A stretch of 19,625 bases of DNA from a candidate division WOR-3 bacterium (GTDB taxonomy: Bacteria > Hydrothermota > UBA3072 > B12-G15). The translations under genes and the position numbers were made by a program. The notes under the pieces were generated by a model. That model did not search any database, was not told the origin of the DNA, and saw nothing but the letters and a program-made list of their open reading frames with translations. Below are positions 1-9,505 of the stretch, piece by piece; the stretch's first letter is position 1, and each line of letters begins with the position of its first letter. The stretch is taken from positions 1 to 19,625 of the forward strand of contig CBFGJG010000039.1 of the NCBI GenBank assembly GCA_965649055.1, written 5' to 3'.

Positions 1-831
1 GTAAAAGTCAGAAGAATAATATTTTATCTCTTTATAGGTATATCTCTTGGAATTGTTTTTGCAATACTTGCAGATTATCTTGATATTTCAGTGAAATCTG
101 AAGAAGAAGTAAATTTTATACTCAAAGTTCCTTTGTATGGTCTAATTCCAAGGGTTCAGAATAACAGTAAAGAAGATATTACTTCTGAACATAAGAAATC
201 CCTGATTTCAGAACCTTTCAGAACATTAAGAACAAATATTGTCCTTTCTGATGCTGAAGAAAAGAAATCAATTCTTATCACAAGTATAAGGGAAGAAGAA
301 GGTAAAAGTTTTGTAGCATCAAATCTTGCTGTTTCTTTCTCTCTCGCTGAAAAAAAGACTATTATTATAGATGCTGATTTAAGAAAACCTGTTATTCATA
401 GATTTTTTCAGATAGAAAAAGAACCGGGGCTTTCTGATTATCTAAGTGGAAATATAAAAGAATTACCTATAACAAAAAGGGGTAAAATTTCTATAATAAC
501 ATCCGGGACACGTACACCAAACCCTACTGAACTCCTTGAATCAAAGAAAATGAAAGACCTTATAACAAACCTAAAGAAGGAATTTGATGTAATTATCGTT
601 GATTCCCCCCCTATTTTTACCGTTGCTGATTCAATGTTACTTTCAAGTCTTCTTGATAAAACAATACTTGTTGTTAAACATTCGAGCACACCAAAAATTC
701 TTCTTCAAAGATTAAAGATGTTTATGAATAATAAATCTATAAAGATTGACGGATATGTTTTGAATTTTGTGAATCTTTCAAAAGGATACAGATACTATTA
801 TTATTACAGAGATTATTACACGAAGAAGTAA
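1..831 (+). CDS. wzc: Wzc/CapB-family polysaccharide co-polymerase tyrosine autokinase, C-terminal part (5'-truncated by window edge)
   Basis: The frame is open from base 1 (VKVRRIIFYLFIGISLGIVFAILADYLD, a TM helix), so the start at 91 is not real. Motifs: SEPFRTLRTNI, Walker A TSIREEEGKS, A' IIIDADLRKP, B VIIVDSPP, and a C-terminal tyrosine cluster GYRYYYYYRDYY. Confidence 0.92.
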   Translation, partial: VKVRRIIFYLFIGISLGIVFAILADYLDISVKSEEEVNFILKVPLYGLIPRVQNNSKEDITSEHKKSLISEPFRTLRTNIVLSDAEEKKSILITSIREEEGKSFVASNLAVSFSLAEKKTIIIDADLRKPVIHRFFQIEKEPGLSDYLSGNIKELPITKRGKISIITSGTRTPNPTELLESKKMKDLITNLKKEFDVIIVDSPPIFTVADSMLLSSLLDKTILVVKHSSTPKILLQRLKMFMNNKSIKIDGYVLNFVNLSKGYRYYYYYRDYYTKK

Positions 832-1307
832 TCCCTCATTTTCAATGCAAAATCGCCAAATATTTTGGTCTTATAATCAGGATATGTCCACGGAAGTTCC
901 TGAAATCTTTTATTTTTATAGATTAATGTAACTTCACCATAAATTCCTTCACCAAGATAAATCCTGTGGGAATAATTCTTTGTTGTAACAAGAATTACCC
1001 TTGAAATCCCAATTCCACCAGGGTCTATGTTAACCTTCCTTTTACCATTTATAGATATCTGTTTTTCAAATTGAACAGTTGAATTTTTTATGTAAACAAG
1101 CTCGTTCTCAAAAATGATTCTATCAGTTCCTATCCAGAATCTTTTAAGATTCTCTCCCATTTCATCATTATAATAGTCTGTAAAATCAAATGGAATATGT
1201 TCTGTTTCATAAACTATATTACCTATGTTTTTTTCAATCCATAATCTTGATTCTTCCAACCTTTCTTTATCAGTGTATATAATCCCTGTAAATACAACAC
1301 ATTTCAT
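816..1307 (-). CDS. DUF4416 family protein
   Basis: Recalled family motifs FDFTDYYNDEMG, RKVNIDPG, TTKNYSHRIYLGEGIYGEVTL, LPWTYPDY; ATGA overlap with pilD. Confidence 0.8.
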   Translation of the reverse strand: MKCVVFTGIIYTDKERLEESRLWIEKNIGNIVYETEHIPFDFTDYYNDEMGENLKRFWIGTDRIIFENELVYIKNSTVQFEKQISINGKRKVNIDPGGIGISRVILVTTKNYSHRIYLGEGIYGEVTLIYKNKRFQELPWTYPDYKTKIFGDFALKMRDYFFV

Positions 1308-2050
1308 ATTTTAAAAATTTTTATTATGTAATCTCCAAAAATCATTGAAATAAAACCACCAATTGCAAGGAATGGACCAAATGGGATTTCCGTTTTCATA
1401 TTCTTTTTTTTTCTTATAACAATAAATATTCCATATATTGAACCGATTACAGATGCAATAAAAAGAGAAATGAAAAATCCAGAAATTGATGTGAAAGAAC
1501 CTATTAGAGCAGCAACCCTTATATCTCCAAGTCCTATTGCTTCTTTTTTAAAAACTGCTTTTCCTGCAAAATATATGATAACAATTGATACTGCACCAAC
1601 AAAAGCACCTGTTAATGAGAAAAATATCTCACCTTTGAAGAGGGAAACAATTAAACCTGTTATAATTCCAGGAATTGCTATTGAGTCAGGAATTAACATA
1701 GTATCAAAATCAATAAAAGCAATTGGAAGCATAAAGAAAATATATAATGTGCTTTTTAAAAAATCCAATGATAAACCGTATCTGAAATATAGAAAAACTG
1801 GAATTATCCCTGAAATAGACTCAACAATAATATATCTTGATGATATAGGTTTTTTACAGAACCTGCACTTCCCTAAAAGAATAATGTAACTTAAGATTGG
1901 AATATTATCATAGAATTTTATTCTCTTCTTACAATAGGGGCAACTTGAAGGTGGAAAAACTATTGATAACTTCCTTGGAAGCCTATAAATAAGAACATTG
2001 ATAAAAGAGCCTATTGATGCACCTAAAAATAAAATTATGAATGGTATCAT
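1304..2050 (-). CDS. pilD: Type IV prepilin peptidase/N-methyltransferase (A24A)
   Basis: GSFINVLIYRLP, two CxxC pairs (CPYC, CRFC), catalytic Asp motifs AFIDFD and GLGD, C-terminal IPFGPFLA, multiple TM segments. Confidence 0.93.
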   Translation of the reverse strand: MIPFIILFLGASIGSFINVLIYRLPRKLSIVFPPSSCPYCKKRIKFYDNIPILSYIILLGKCRFCKKPISSRYIIVESISGIIPVFLYFRYGLSLDFLKSTLYIFFMLPIAFIDFDTMLIPDSIAIPGIITGLIVSLFKGEIFFSLTGAFVGAVSIVIIYFAGKAVFKKEAIGLGDIRVAALIGSFTSISGFFISLFIASVIGSIYGIFIVIRKKKNMKTEIPFGPFLAIGGFISMIFGDYIIKIFKI

Positions 2051-3879
2051 TGTATAACCCTCCCTATGTATTCAAATTCAAGTTCACCCGAGAGCGAATC
2101 AAGGTGGTTAATCCTCATTGTTATCCTATCCCCAACCTTGAATTTCTTCCATTTTCCAATCAGTTCATTCTCATATGCTCTGTAATTATCATCCGGTAAA
2201 AGAGAAACAGGAATGAACCCTGATATCAAAAATTCTTCAAGTTCTACAAAAATACCTTTGTTTGTTACTCCTTTTATAAGTCCAATAAATTCTTCTCCTC
2301 TGTGTTCTTTAAGATATTTTAAAGTAAATATCTCCTGTGCTTTCCTCTCTGCTTCCTGAGCCCTCCATTCCATCTCACTTGAATGTTCTGAAATTTTTTC
2401 AAGTTCTTTTAATTCATATTTTTCTCCGTTTATAATCCTGTGGACTACAAGGTCTGGGTATCTCCTTACAGGAGAAGTGAAATGTGTATATAAAGAAGAA
2501 GCAAGTCCGAAGTGAGGAGAAGGATATGCTACATATCTTGCCCTTTTCATACACCTTAAAAGTTCATAATTCAAAATCTTTTCAAAAGGTTCACCTTTTA
2601 TCTTTTCCAAGAATTTAAAAAGTGCTTCCCTCGATATTCCTTCAAGTTTATAACCAAGTAAAGAAACGAATCTTTTAAATTCATTCAATTTAATCTCATC
2701 AGGTTCTTCATGTATTCTGAAAATTCCTTTATCAAATTTTAATTGTTCCTTTGCGATTATTTCATTCGTTAGTATCATAAACTCTTCTATTAAATCATGG
2801 GAAGAAAGTCTTATCTCCGGTCTTACAAGAATCCTGTTATTTATAATTTTAACCTCTATCTTTGGAATATTAAAATCAAGTCTTTTTTTCTTTATCTTTT
2901 TCTCTTCAATTATCTTTGAAATTTCCGATAATTCTTTTAGATATTTTCCTAATTTTGTTTTATGGTTTGAATTTATAAGTTTTTCTGCCTCCTCATAACT
3001 CAGTCTTTTCCTATTTCTAATAATAGATTTCTCTATGGAATAATCAACAACTTCACCTGAATTATCAAGTTTCATAATAACAGAAATAGCCCTTTTATCA
3101 TCTCCTTCGGTTATACTCAATTTTTCTGTCAATTCCTTTGGAAGCATATAAAATGTTTTGTATGGGAGATAAACAGAAAGTCCTCTTTTTTTTGCCTCTT
3201 TATCTATTTCACTATCTTTTTTAACATAATTAGATACATCAGCAATATGAACATAAAGATAGTAATATCCCTTTATTTTTCTCAAAGATATAGCATCGTC
3301 AAAATCTTTTGCATCTTCCGGGTCAATTGTTATAACAAATTCTTTTCTGAGATCTTTTAATTTATCTTTTATTATAAATTCAATATTTTTTACTTCATTT
3401 AGAACATTTTTATTGAATTCTTCTTTTAGTAAGAAAGTCTCCTCAAGTATGTATTTTTCAATATCGTCAGAATCTATTCTTTTTTGTATTATGCAGGACG
3501 GTGAGTATCTTTTTGATTCCCACTTTAAAAACTTTGCAAGGACAATCTCTCCCTTTTTATATTTTTTCTTGTTAAAATTTTCAATATAGAAAAGATAAGG
3601 AATGTTCTTATCAAAAACATAAAGATAACCAACTCCTCTTTCTATAACTATCCTTCCCACATATTTTTCCTTCCCTCTTTTTAAAACATTTAAAACCTTG
3701 GCAATGTATTTAGGACCCTCTCTTATTTTTACTGCAGAAACAGTATCGCCATTTAGTGCAGTTCCTGTATAATGTTGCGGAATAAATAAATCATTTGAAC
3801 CATCTTCGGGAATTAAAAAACCATATCCACCATTTTTGCCCTCAAATTTTCCAATAATAATATTATTTTCTTTTTTCAA
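2047..3879 (-). CDS. rnr: Ribonuclease R / RNB-family 3'-5' exoribonuclease (compact, 610 aa)
   Basis: N-terminal cold-shock domain (GYGFLIPEDGSNDLFIP), catalytic TIDPEDAKDFDDAIS, HFGLASSLYTHFTSPVRRYPDLVVHR, C-terminal S1 domain; TTG start 1 nt after the dapH stop. Confidence 0.9.
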   Translation of the reverse strand: MKKENNIIIGKFEGKNGGYGFLIPEDGSNDLFIPQHYTGTALNGDTVSAVKIREGPKYIAKVLNVLKRGKEKYVGRIVIERGVGYLYVFDKNIPYLFYIENFNKKKYKKGEIVLAKFLKWESKRYSPSCIIQKRIDSDDIEKYILEETFLLKEEFNKNVLNEVKNIEFIIKDKLKDLRKEFVITIDPEDAKDFDDAISLRKIKGYYYLYVHIADVSNYVKKDSEIDKEAKKRGLSVYLPYKTFYMLPKELTEKLSITEGDDKRAISVIMKLDNSGEVVDYSIEKSIIRNRKRLSYEEAEKLINSNHKTKLGKYLKELSEISKIIEEKKIKKKRLDFNIPKIEVKIINNRILVRPEIRLSSHDLIEEFMILTNEIIAKEQLKFDKGIFRIHEEPDEIKLNEFKRFVSLLGYKLEGISREALFKFLEKIKGEPFEKILNYELLRCMKRARYVAYPSPHFGLASSLYTHFTSPVRRYPDLVVHRIINGEKYELKELEKISEHSSEMEWRAQEAERKAQEIFTLKYLKEHRGEEFIGLIKGVTNKGIFVELEEFLISGFIPVSLLPDDNYRAYENELIGKWKKFKVGDRITMRINHLDSLSGELEFEYIGRVIQ

Positions 3880-3880
3880 T

Positions 3881-4573
3881 CTATCTCTCTCTCAGTTCTC
3901 TTAAAATTTTTTTCTTGTCTTCTTTAACATCTTTTGCATCCTTAATAATCTTTGCTGGAACTCCTGCTACAACCTTACCCTCTGGAACATTGTCAACAAC
4001 AACTGCACCTGCTCCAACTATAGAACCTTTTCCCACTTTAACACCTTCAAGTATCACAGCATTTGCCCCAACTATAACATTATCCTCTATTATCACAGGT
4101 TCTGCAGAAGGTGGTTCAAGAACACCTGCGATAACAGAACCAGCACCTATATGGCAATCTCTTCCTATTATAGCCCTTGCTCCTATAACTGCATTCATAT
4201 CTATCATTGTTCTTTCCCCAATTTCAGCGCCAATGTTCACAACAGCACCCATAAGTATTATACTATCTTTACCAATCTTTGCCCCATCCCTTATTATAGC
4301 ACCAGGTTCCACCCTTGCCTCAATCTTTCTCAAATCTATCATAGGGACTGCCTGGAACCTTCCTTTTATATCAACATAGATATCCTTCTGTTCAACTATA
4401 ATCTTTTTTATCTCATCCCAGTCGCCGATAAGTATATAATCTTCTCCAAAACCAAATATATGAATTCCAAGTTCTCTACCTCTTATTGTGTCAATTTTAC
4501 CTTTCAGGAAAACTATTGAAGGTGTTGTTTTCCTTGACTTCGAAATAATATTTGCTATCTCTTTCCAGTCCAT
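3881..4573 (-). CDS. dapH: 2,3,4,5-tetrahydropyridine-2,6-dicarboxylate N-acetyltransferase
   Basis: DapH-type N-terminus ([18 protein letters not shown]), [11 protein letters not shown], hexapeptide repeats, [16 protein letters not shown]; follows dapA-dapB. Confidence 0.88.
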   Translation of the reverse strand: MDWKEIANIISKSRKTTPSIVFLKGKIDTIRGRELGIHIFGFGEDYILIGDWDEIKKIIVEQKDIYVDIKGRFQAVPMIDLRKIEARVEPGAIIRDGAKIGKDSIILMGAVVNIGAEIGERTMIDMNAVIGARAIIGRDCHIGAGSVIAGVLEPPSAEPVIIEDNVIVGANAVILEGVKVGKGSIVGAGAVVVDNVPEGKVVAGVPAKIIKDAKDVKEDKKKILRELRER

Positions 4574-5208
4574 ATATCCTCCATTGAATATAAACCTGGC
4601 TCTTTACCGATTATCCATTCACAGGCAAGTATTGCACCGATTGCAAATATCTTTCTTGTCCTTGCTCTATGTATTATTTCTATAGTTTCACCATCACCAT
4701 ATAAGAATAAAAAATGTGTTCCAGGTTCATCCTTTGCCCTTATTGAGAATGTTTCAACTGGATTTGTGTATTCGGCAATCTTTTTTGCAGTTCCGCTTGG
4801 TTTATCCTTCTTCGAAGTATGATGTGCTTCAAGAATGTATGAAGTAAAAAATTCTTTAAGATTTTCAGGAAATGAATTTAAGAAATGAAAGATTAGATTT
4901 ACACCAAGGGAAAAATTAGGTGAATAAAGAACTGGAATATTTTTTCTTGCTTCTTCAAAAATCCTTTTATCTATTCCTGTTGTTCCACTCACAACGGGTA
5001 TTTTCTTTTCTATACAGAATTCAATAGCGTTTTTAAGTCCCTCTTCTGAAGAAAAATCGAGGATACAATCTAAATTATCCTTTATATCATTTATTCTTTT
5101 TATTTCGCCTTTTATATCCACTTTATAAACACAGATACCTTTTTCCTTTGCATAATCATAGGCGACTGAACCCATTTTTCCAAGAGCACCAATAATAGCG
5201 AGATTCAT
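4555..5208 (-). CDS. dapB: 4-hydroxy-tetrahydrodipicolinate reductase
   Basis: GALGKMG Rossmann motif, [36 protein letters not shown] upstream. Confidence 0.93.
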   Translation of the reverse strand: MNLAIIGALGKMGSVAYDYAKEKGICVYKVDIKGEIKRINDIKDNLDCILDFSSEEGLKNAIEFCIEKKIPVVSGTTGIDKRIFEEARKNIPVLYSPNFSLGVNLIFHFLNSFPENLKEFFTSYILEAHHTSKKDKPSGTAKKIAEYTNPVETFSIRAKDEPGTHFLFLYGDGETIEIIHRARTRKIFAIGAILACEWIIGKEPGLYSMEDIWTGKR

Positions 5209-5216
5209 TTTTGCTC

Positions 5217-6089
5217 CTATTCTTTAATTATCTTATATTTAAGAAGAACCTTTCTTAATTTTTCCTTATTCTCACGGGAAAGTTCTGTTAAGGGTAATCT
5301 TGGTTTACCCATTTTAAAACCTAGCATATTCAAAGCTTCTTTTACAGGTATTGGATTTGTATCTATGAACAAGGCATCTGAAACCTCAACTATTTCCTGA
5401 TTCATTTTCAATGCAGACTCAAAATCTCCTTTAAGACAGAAATCCACAAATTTTTTGACCCTTTCAGGTATAATGTTAGCTGTAACGGAAATAACACCTT
5501 TCCCACCTATTGACATAAGTGGTAAAGTTATAAAATCATCCCCTGAAAGCAAAACAAAATCTTTTTCAGCATAGAAAACAATCTTCATCATTGCCTTTAT
5601 ATCACCACTTGCCTCTTTTATTCCGATAATATTTTTTACCTTTGAAAGTTCAACAACTGTTTCAGGTTTTATCGAAACACCGGTTCTTCCCGGAACATTG
5701 TAAATAATTATTTTTATGTCTACTGACTCGGCTACCTTTATAAAATGATGATATAAACCTTCCTGATTTGGTTTATTATAATAAGGTGTAATTACAAGCG
5801 CATATTCAGCACCGAGTTCTTTTGCCCTTTTTGTATCCTGTATTGTTTTTTCAGTTGAATTTGTTCCTGTTCCAACTATAACCGGTGATTTCGACCATTC
5901 AAGTGTTTTCTCAATAATTGCATCTTTTTCCTTCTGTGATAATGTAGGTGATTCACCGGTTGTTCCAAGAACAAGTATAGCATCTGTATTAGCTTTGTTA
6001 TGAAATTCTATCAATTCTTTTAATGTGTTAAAATTAACACCATCATCTGTAAATGGTGTTGATAATGCGACTATAGAACCTTTTAACAT
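5217..6089 (-). CDS. dapA: 4-hydroxy-tetrahydrodipicolinate synthase
   Basis: LGTTGESPTL, TPYYNKP, IYNVPGRTG, catalytic GIKEASG, LLSGDD, TNPIPVK; RBS AGGAGG at 6095-6100. Confidence 0.96.
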   Translation of the reverse strand: MLKGSIVALSTPFTDDGVNFNTLKELIEFHNKANTDAILVLGTTGESPTLSQKEKDAIIEKTLEWSKSPVIVGTGTNSTEKTIQDTKRAKELGAEYALVITPYYNKPNQEGLYHHFIKVAESVDIKIIIYNVPGRTGVSIKPETVVELSKVKNIIGIKEASGDIKAMMKIVFYAEKDFVLLSGDDFITLPLMSIGGKGVISVTANIIPERVKKFVDFCLKGDFESALKMNQEIVEVSDALFIDTNPIPVKEALNMLGFKMGKPRLPLTELSRENKEKLRKVLLKYKIIKE

Positions 6090-6122
6090 AGATCCCTCCT
6101 AATTTAAATATTTTTATATTTT

Positions 6123-7481
6123 TTATCCAAGGTTTCTTCTTATGTTGTAGGGTGGAATATTCAGTTCTTCTCTGTATTTTGTAACTGTTCTTCTTGTAAT
6201 ATATATTCCCATCTCCTGAAGTTTTTTTAATATCTGGGTATCCTTTAATGGTTCTTTCTCTTCAGATATAATTTTTTTTATCATTGTTTTTACATTATCT
6301 CTTGAAATGTCTCCCTTATTTTTTGAAGGAAGACTGAAAAATTCCTTTATGTTATATACTTTACAGTTTACCTGAACATAAATATCCTTTAAAATTCTTG
6401 AACAGGTTGATAGATTAACATTAAGTTTCTCCGATATGTCTTTTAATCTCAAGGGTTTTTTAAATTCTTCCCCTCTCAAAATGAATTCTTTCTGTTCATT
6501 TATTATAAATTCAATTAATCTTCTGAATGTCCTTCTCCTCATTTCAAGCCCTTTAATAAAAAGGAGTCCTCTTTTAACCTTTTCCTTTATGAAACTTAGT
6601 GTCTCTTTATCATAAAGTTCTTCATTTTTCAGTATGTCAAGATGTTTGGGATTAATAAATATGAATGGAATTTCTGTCTCATTTATCAGTATCTTTAGCT
6701 CATTGTTTTCTATCTCAACTAGGACATCAGGAACGATGTATTCAACTTCACCAAATTCATGATTTGCAGGAAATGGTTTTAGTTTCTTGATTTCATTTAC
6801 CTTTTCTTTTATCTCTTCAAGATTTTTATTCATCCTCTTGGCAATTGTATTTAAATCATTTTTTAAAAATTCATTGTAAAAATCTCTAACTATAGTTTCA
6901 CAATCTTCATCAAGGTATTTCATCCTGATTTGGTATATCAGATATTCTTGAGTTCCTTTTAAGGCAAATCCACCTGGTTCTATATCTCTAATAATACTCA
7001 TTGCTTTAAAAACATTTTCCGGATTAACATTTAAGTCCCTTGCAATATCTTCAATATCATATTCAAGGAATCCGTGCTCATCAAGTGATTCAATAATATA
7101 TTCCCCTATCCTGAAGCTTTCTTCATCAGATGTTAACATTGCAAATTCCTGTTTAAGATACTCTTTTAATGTGGGTTTTGATGATGGGATTTCAAAGAAT
7201 TTATCTTCATCCTTTTCAGGTTCAAAATATGTCAAAAAATCTTCCTTTATTATTTCTTTTAATTCTTTATCAAAATCAAGTTCTTCTATTTCTGTTTCTT
7301 CTATCTCCTGAGATTCTTCAAACTCAATATCGAGAAGGGATGGATTTTGTTCAAGTTCATTGTTTATACTTTCGATTAATTCAAGTTTGGGTGTTTGCAG
7401 AATATGAAGAATTAATACCTGTTCAGGAGTTAATCTCTGTTCAAGTTTTATTAAATTTTCCTGCGAAATGTGTTTCTTCAT
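6123..7481 (-). CDS. rpoN: RNA polymerase sigma-54 factor
   Basis: Region I-like LEQRLTPEQVLILHILQ, ELEQNP, core-binding region IIESLDEHGFL, RpoN box variant TRRTVTKYREELNIP; canonical position after lptB. Confidence 0.92.
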   Translation of the reverse strand: MKKHISQENLIKLEQRLTPEQVLILHILQTPKLELIESINNELEQNPSLLDIEFEESQEIEETEIEELDFDKELKEIIKEDFLTYFEPEKDEDKFFEIPSSKPTLKEYLKQEFAMLTSDEESFRIGEYIIESLDEHGFLEYDIEDIARDLNVNPENVFKAMSIIRDIEPGGFALKGTQEYLIYQIRMKYLDEDCETIVRDFYNEFLKNDLNTIAKRMNKNLEEIKEKVNEIKKLKPFPANHEFGEVEYIVPDVLVEIENNELKILINETEIPFIFINPKHLDILKNEELYDKETLSFIKEKVKRGLLFIKGLEMRRRTFRRLIEFIINEQKEFILRGEEFKKPLRLKDISEKLNVNLSTCSRILKDIYVQVNCKVYNIKEFFSLPSKNKGDISRDNVKTMIKKIISEEKEPLKDTQILKKLQEMGIYITRRTVTKYREELNIPPYNIRRNLG

Positions 7482-8197
7482 ATCCTGAATTTTTCACCTA
7501 AGTATATTTTTCTTGCCTTTTCATTTTTTATAAGTTCTTCAGTTTTTCCCGAAATAAGTATCTTTCCTTCATACATAATAAATGAAAAATCTGTAATTTC
7601 AAGTGTTTCTCTGACATTATGGTCTGTAATAAGAATACCAATTTTTTTATTTTTAAGTGTTATAACAAGCCTCTGGATTTCTTCCCTTACAATCGGGTCT
7701 ATTCCAGTGAAAGGTTCGTCAAGCAAAAGAAATTTTGGTTTGGCCACAAGAGCCCTTGCAATCTCAACCCGTCTTCTTTCTCCACCTGAAAGTTTAGAAC
7801 CTAAATTTTTTCTAATCTCTTTCAGATTAAACTCTTCAATTAATTTTTCTGTTGTCTCTTTCATTTCGCTTTTATCTTTCAATATCATTTCACAAACAGC
7901 ATAGATATTATCCTCAACAGTGAGTCCTCTAAAAATTGATGGTTCCTGTGGAAGATAAGATATTCCGAGTCTTGCCTTTAGATGCATTGGTAATGAAGTT
8001 ATATCTTTATCATCAAGATATACATATCCTTCGTCGGGCTTCAGAAAACCCATAATCATATAGAATGTTGTTGTTTTTCCTGCCCCATTTGGCCCAAGCA
8101 ACCCAACAACATCTCCCTTTTTTATTTCAATATCAACACCATTAACAACAGGTCTTGATCTGAATATCTTTTTAAGGTTTTTTGTTGAGAGTATCAT
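7478..8197 (-). CDS. lptB: LPS export ABC transporter ATP-binding protein
   Basis: GLLGPNGAGKTT, YLPQEPSIFR, LSGGERRRVEIARAL, LLLDEPFTGIDP, ITDHNVRETL, YLGEKFRI. The true start is probably the ATG at 8197 (MILSTKNLKK), not 8284. Confidence 0.95.
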   Translation of the reverse strand: MILSTKNLKKIFRSRPVVNGVDIEIKKGDVVGLLGPNGAGKTTTFYMIMGFLKPDEGYVYLDDKDITSLPMHLKARLGISYLPQEPSIFRGLTVEDNIYAVCEMILKDKSEMKETTEKLIEEFNLKEIRKNLGSKLSGGERRRVEIARALVAKPKFLLLDEPFTGIDPIVREEIQRLVITLKNKKIGILITDHNVRETLEITDFSFIMYEGKILISGKTEELIKNEKARKIYLGEKFRI

Positions 8198-9008
8198 TTT
8201 TAACGAGCTCACCCTTTGTGTTTTTGAAAAGGAACAGGGAATCAAGTTTATCCTTCCCAAAGAAGAATCTTGCAAAATCCCCACTTACAAAATTTTTCCC
8301 ATCCTCTGTATTTGAAATTATCTTTGTATTATACGATAAGCCTGTATTTGTGTTAAAATCAAAATAACCGGAATCACATACAATACTGTCTGTTTTTGTA
8401 ATAAATATTGGATTATAGTAAAATTTACCGGAATTTTTTATATCATCATAGAAAAATTTTCCACAGAAACCATTAACCTCTTCACTCTTAATATTAACAT
8501 TATTTATGAATTGTGCCGTGCTATCATTAAAATTATATATGATTGTATCTGATGAAATTAAAACTTTTTTTCTCTTATATACAGGCTCTTTAAATATCTT
8601 CACCCTTTCTTTATTGAAAGATGCATAGTTTCCCTGAATTATCGAACTATCTGTTTTAAGAAAGAATTTTTTATAAACGTATCCTGAATCATAATCAATA
8701 AAAAAGCTTCCAGCATCCCCTGAGAAATTATAATTTCCCCTTGTAATAACAATGTTGTCAAACAGTGTTACAACACCATTTTTAGGATAAAATATCACAC
8801 TATCACAGATTATATTTGTATTTCCCGAATTGGCAGAAACATTTCCCATTATTTTAACAACATTTTCACCCTGGATACCTTTCAATCCTTTTATATTAAA
8901 ACTATCTGAAGTAATTATTACTGTATCTTCGAATATCTTTGTCTTAAAATCAAGTATCTTCATTTTTCCTGCTTCAATGTCATAGGTTATTGCTAATATA
9001 AAAATCAT
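8172..9008 (-). CDS. LptA/OstA-like beta-jellyroll protein (LPS transport periplasmic protein)
   Basis: Lies between lptC and lptB; repeated beta-strand motifs (ICDSVIFY, SSDTIIYN, VCDSGYFD, GDFARFF) typical of OstA-type jellyrolls. Confidence 0.7.
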   Translation of the reverse strand: MIFILAITYDIEAGKMKILDFKTKIFEDTVIITSDSFNIKGLKGIQGENVVKIMGNVSANSGNTNIICDSVIFYPKNGVVTLFDNIVITRGNYNFSGDAGSFFIDYDSGYVYKKFFLKTDSSIIQGNYASFNKERVKIFKEPVYKRKKVLISSDTIIYNFNDSTAQFINNVNIKSEEVNGFCGKFFYDDIKNSGKFYYNPIFITKTDSIVCDSGYFDFNTNTGLSYNTKIISNTEDGKNFVSGDFARFFFGKDKLDSLFLFKNTKGELVKNDTLNKKP

Positions 9009-9499
9009 CTTTTATATTCACCTTTACCTTTTATTCTTTTTTTAATAACAATCTCCTTAAGCAATCTGTCTGATTCCATACCTTCACCTTCTATATATTC
9101 ATCCTTCGTCCAGTATTTAAAATTTCCATCTATAATTATCTTTTCTATCTTATTATTCCATTTTAGTGAATCTGAAAGGAGTTTGATAGAATCACCTGTT
9201 ATCACATTTACATTCGAATATGCTATCAAATTACCTGTTTCTTCAAATACGAGACCACTATCGGAATACAGCTTTGAAAGTGTTTCTCTATCTGCAGATA
9301 AAAAACTTATTTTCACACCATAAATTATGTATGAATAATTTTCTGATTCTCTTGCACTATCAGCAAAAAGTATCCAGTTTTTATAACCCGAAAAAGATTC
9401 GGAAATACTGAAATCTTTGATGGTGATTTTTGGTTGTTCTTCCTTGTTTTTTATCCTTGAACAACCCAAAATTAAAAATATCAAAAAAAAATTTTTCAT
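9005..9499 (-). CDS. lptC: LPS export ABC transporter periplasmic protein LptC (predicted lipoprotein)
   Basis: Lipobox-like MKNFFLIFLILGC; WILFADSA, LLSDSLKWN, IEGEGMESD motifs; first gene of an lptCAB-rpoN arrangement. Confidence 0.8.
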   Translation of the reverse strand: MKNFFLIFLILGCSRIKNKEEQPKITIKDFSISESFSGYKNWILFADSARESENYSYIIYGVKISFLSADRETLSKLYSDSGLVFEETGNLIAYSNVNVITGDSIKLLSDSLKWNNKIEKIIIDGNFKYWTKDEYIEGEGMESDRLLKEIVIKKRIKGKGEYKR

Positions 9500-9505
9500 A
9501 TTAAA

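Noticed and set aside
8198..8284. 29-aa N-terminal extension of LptB given in the ORF track
   Set aside because: It lies inside the lptA-like gene, and LptB similarity begins at the ATG at 8197.
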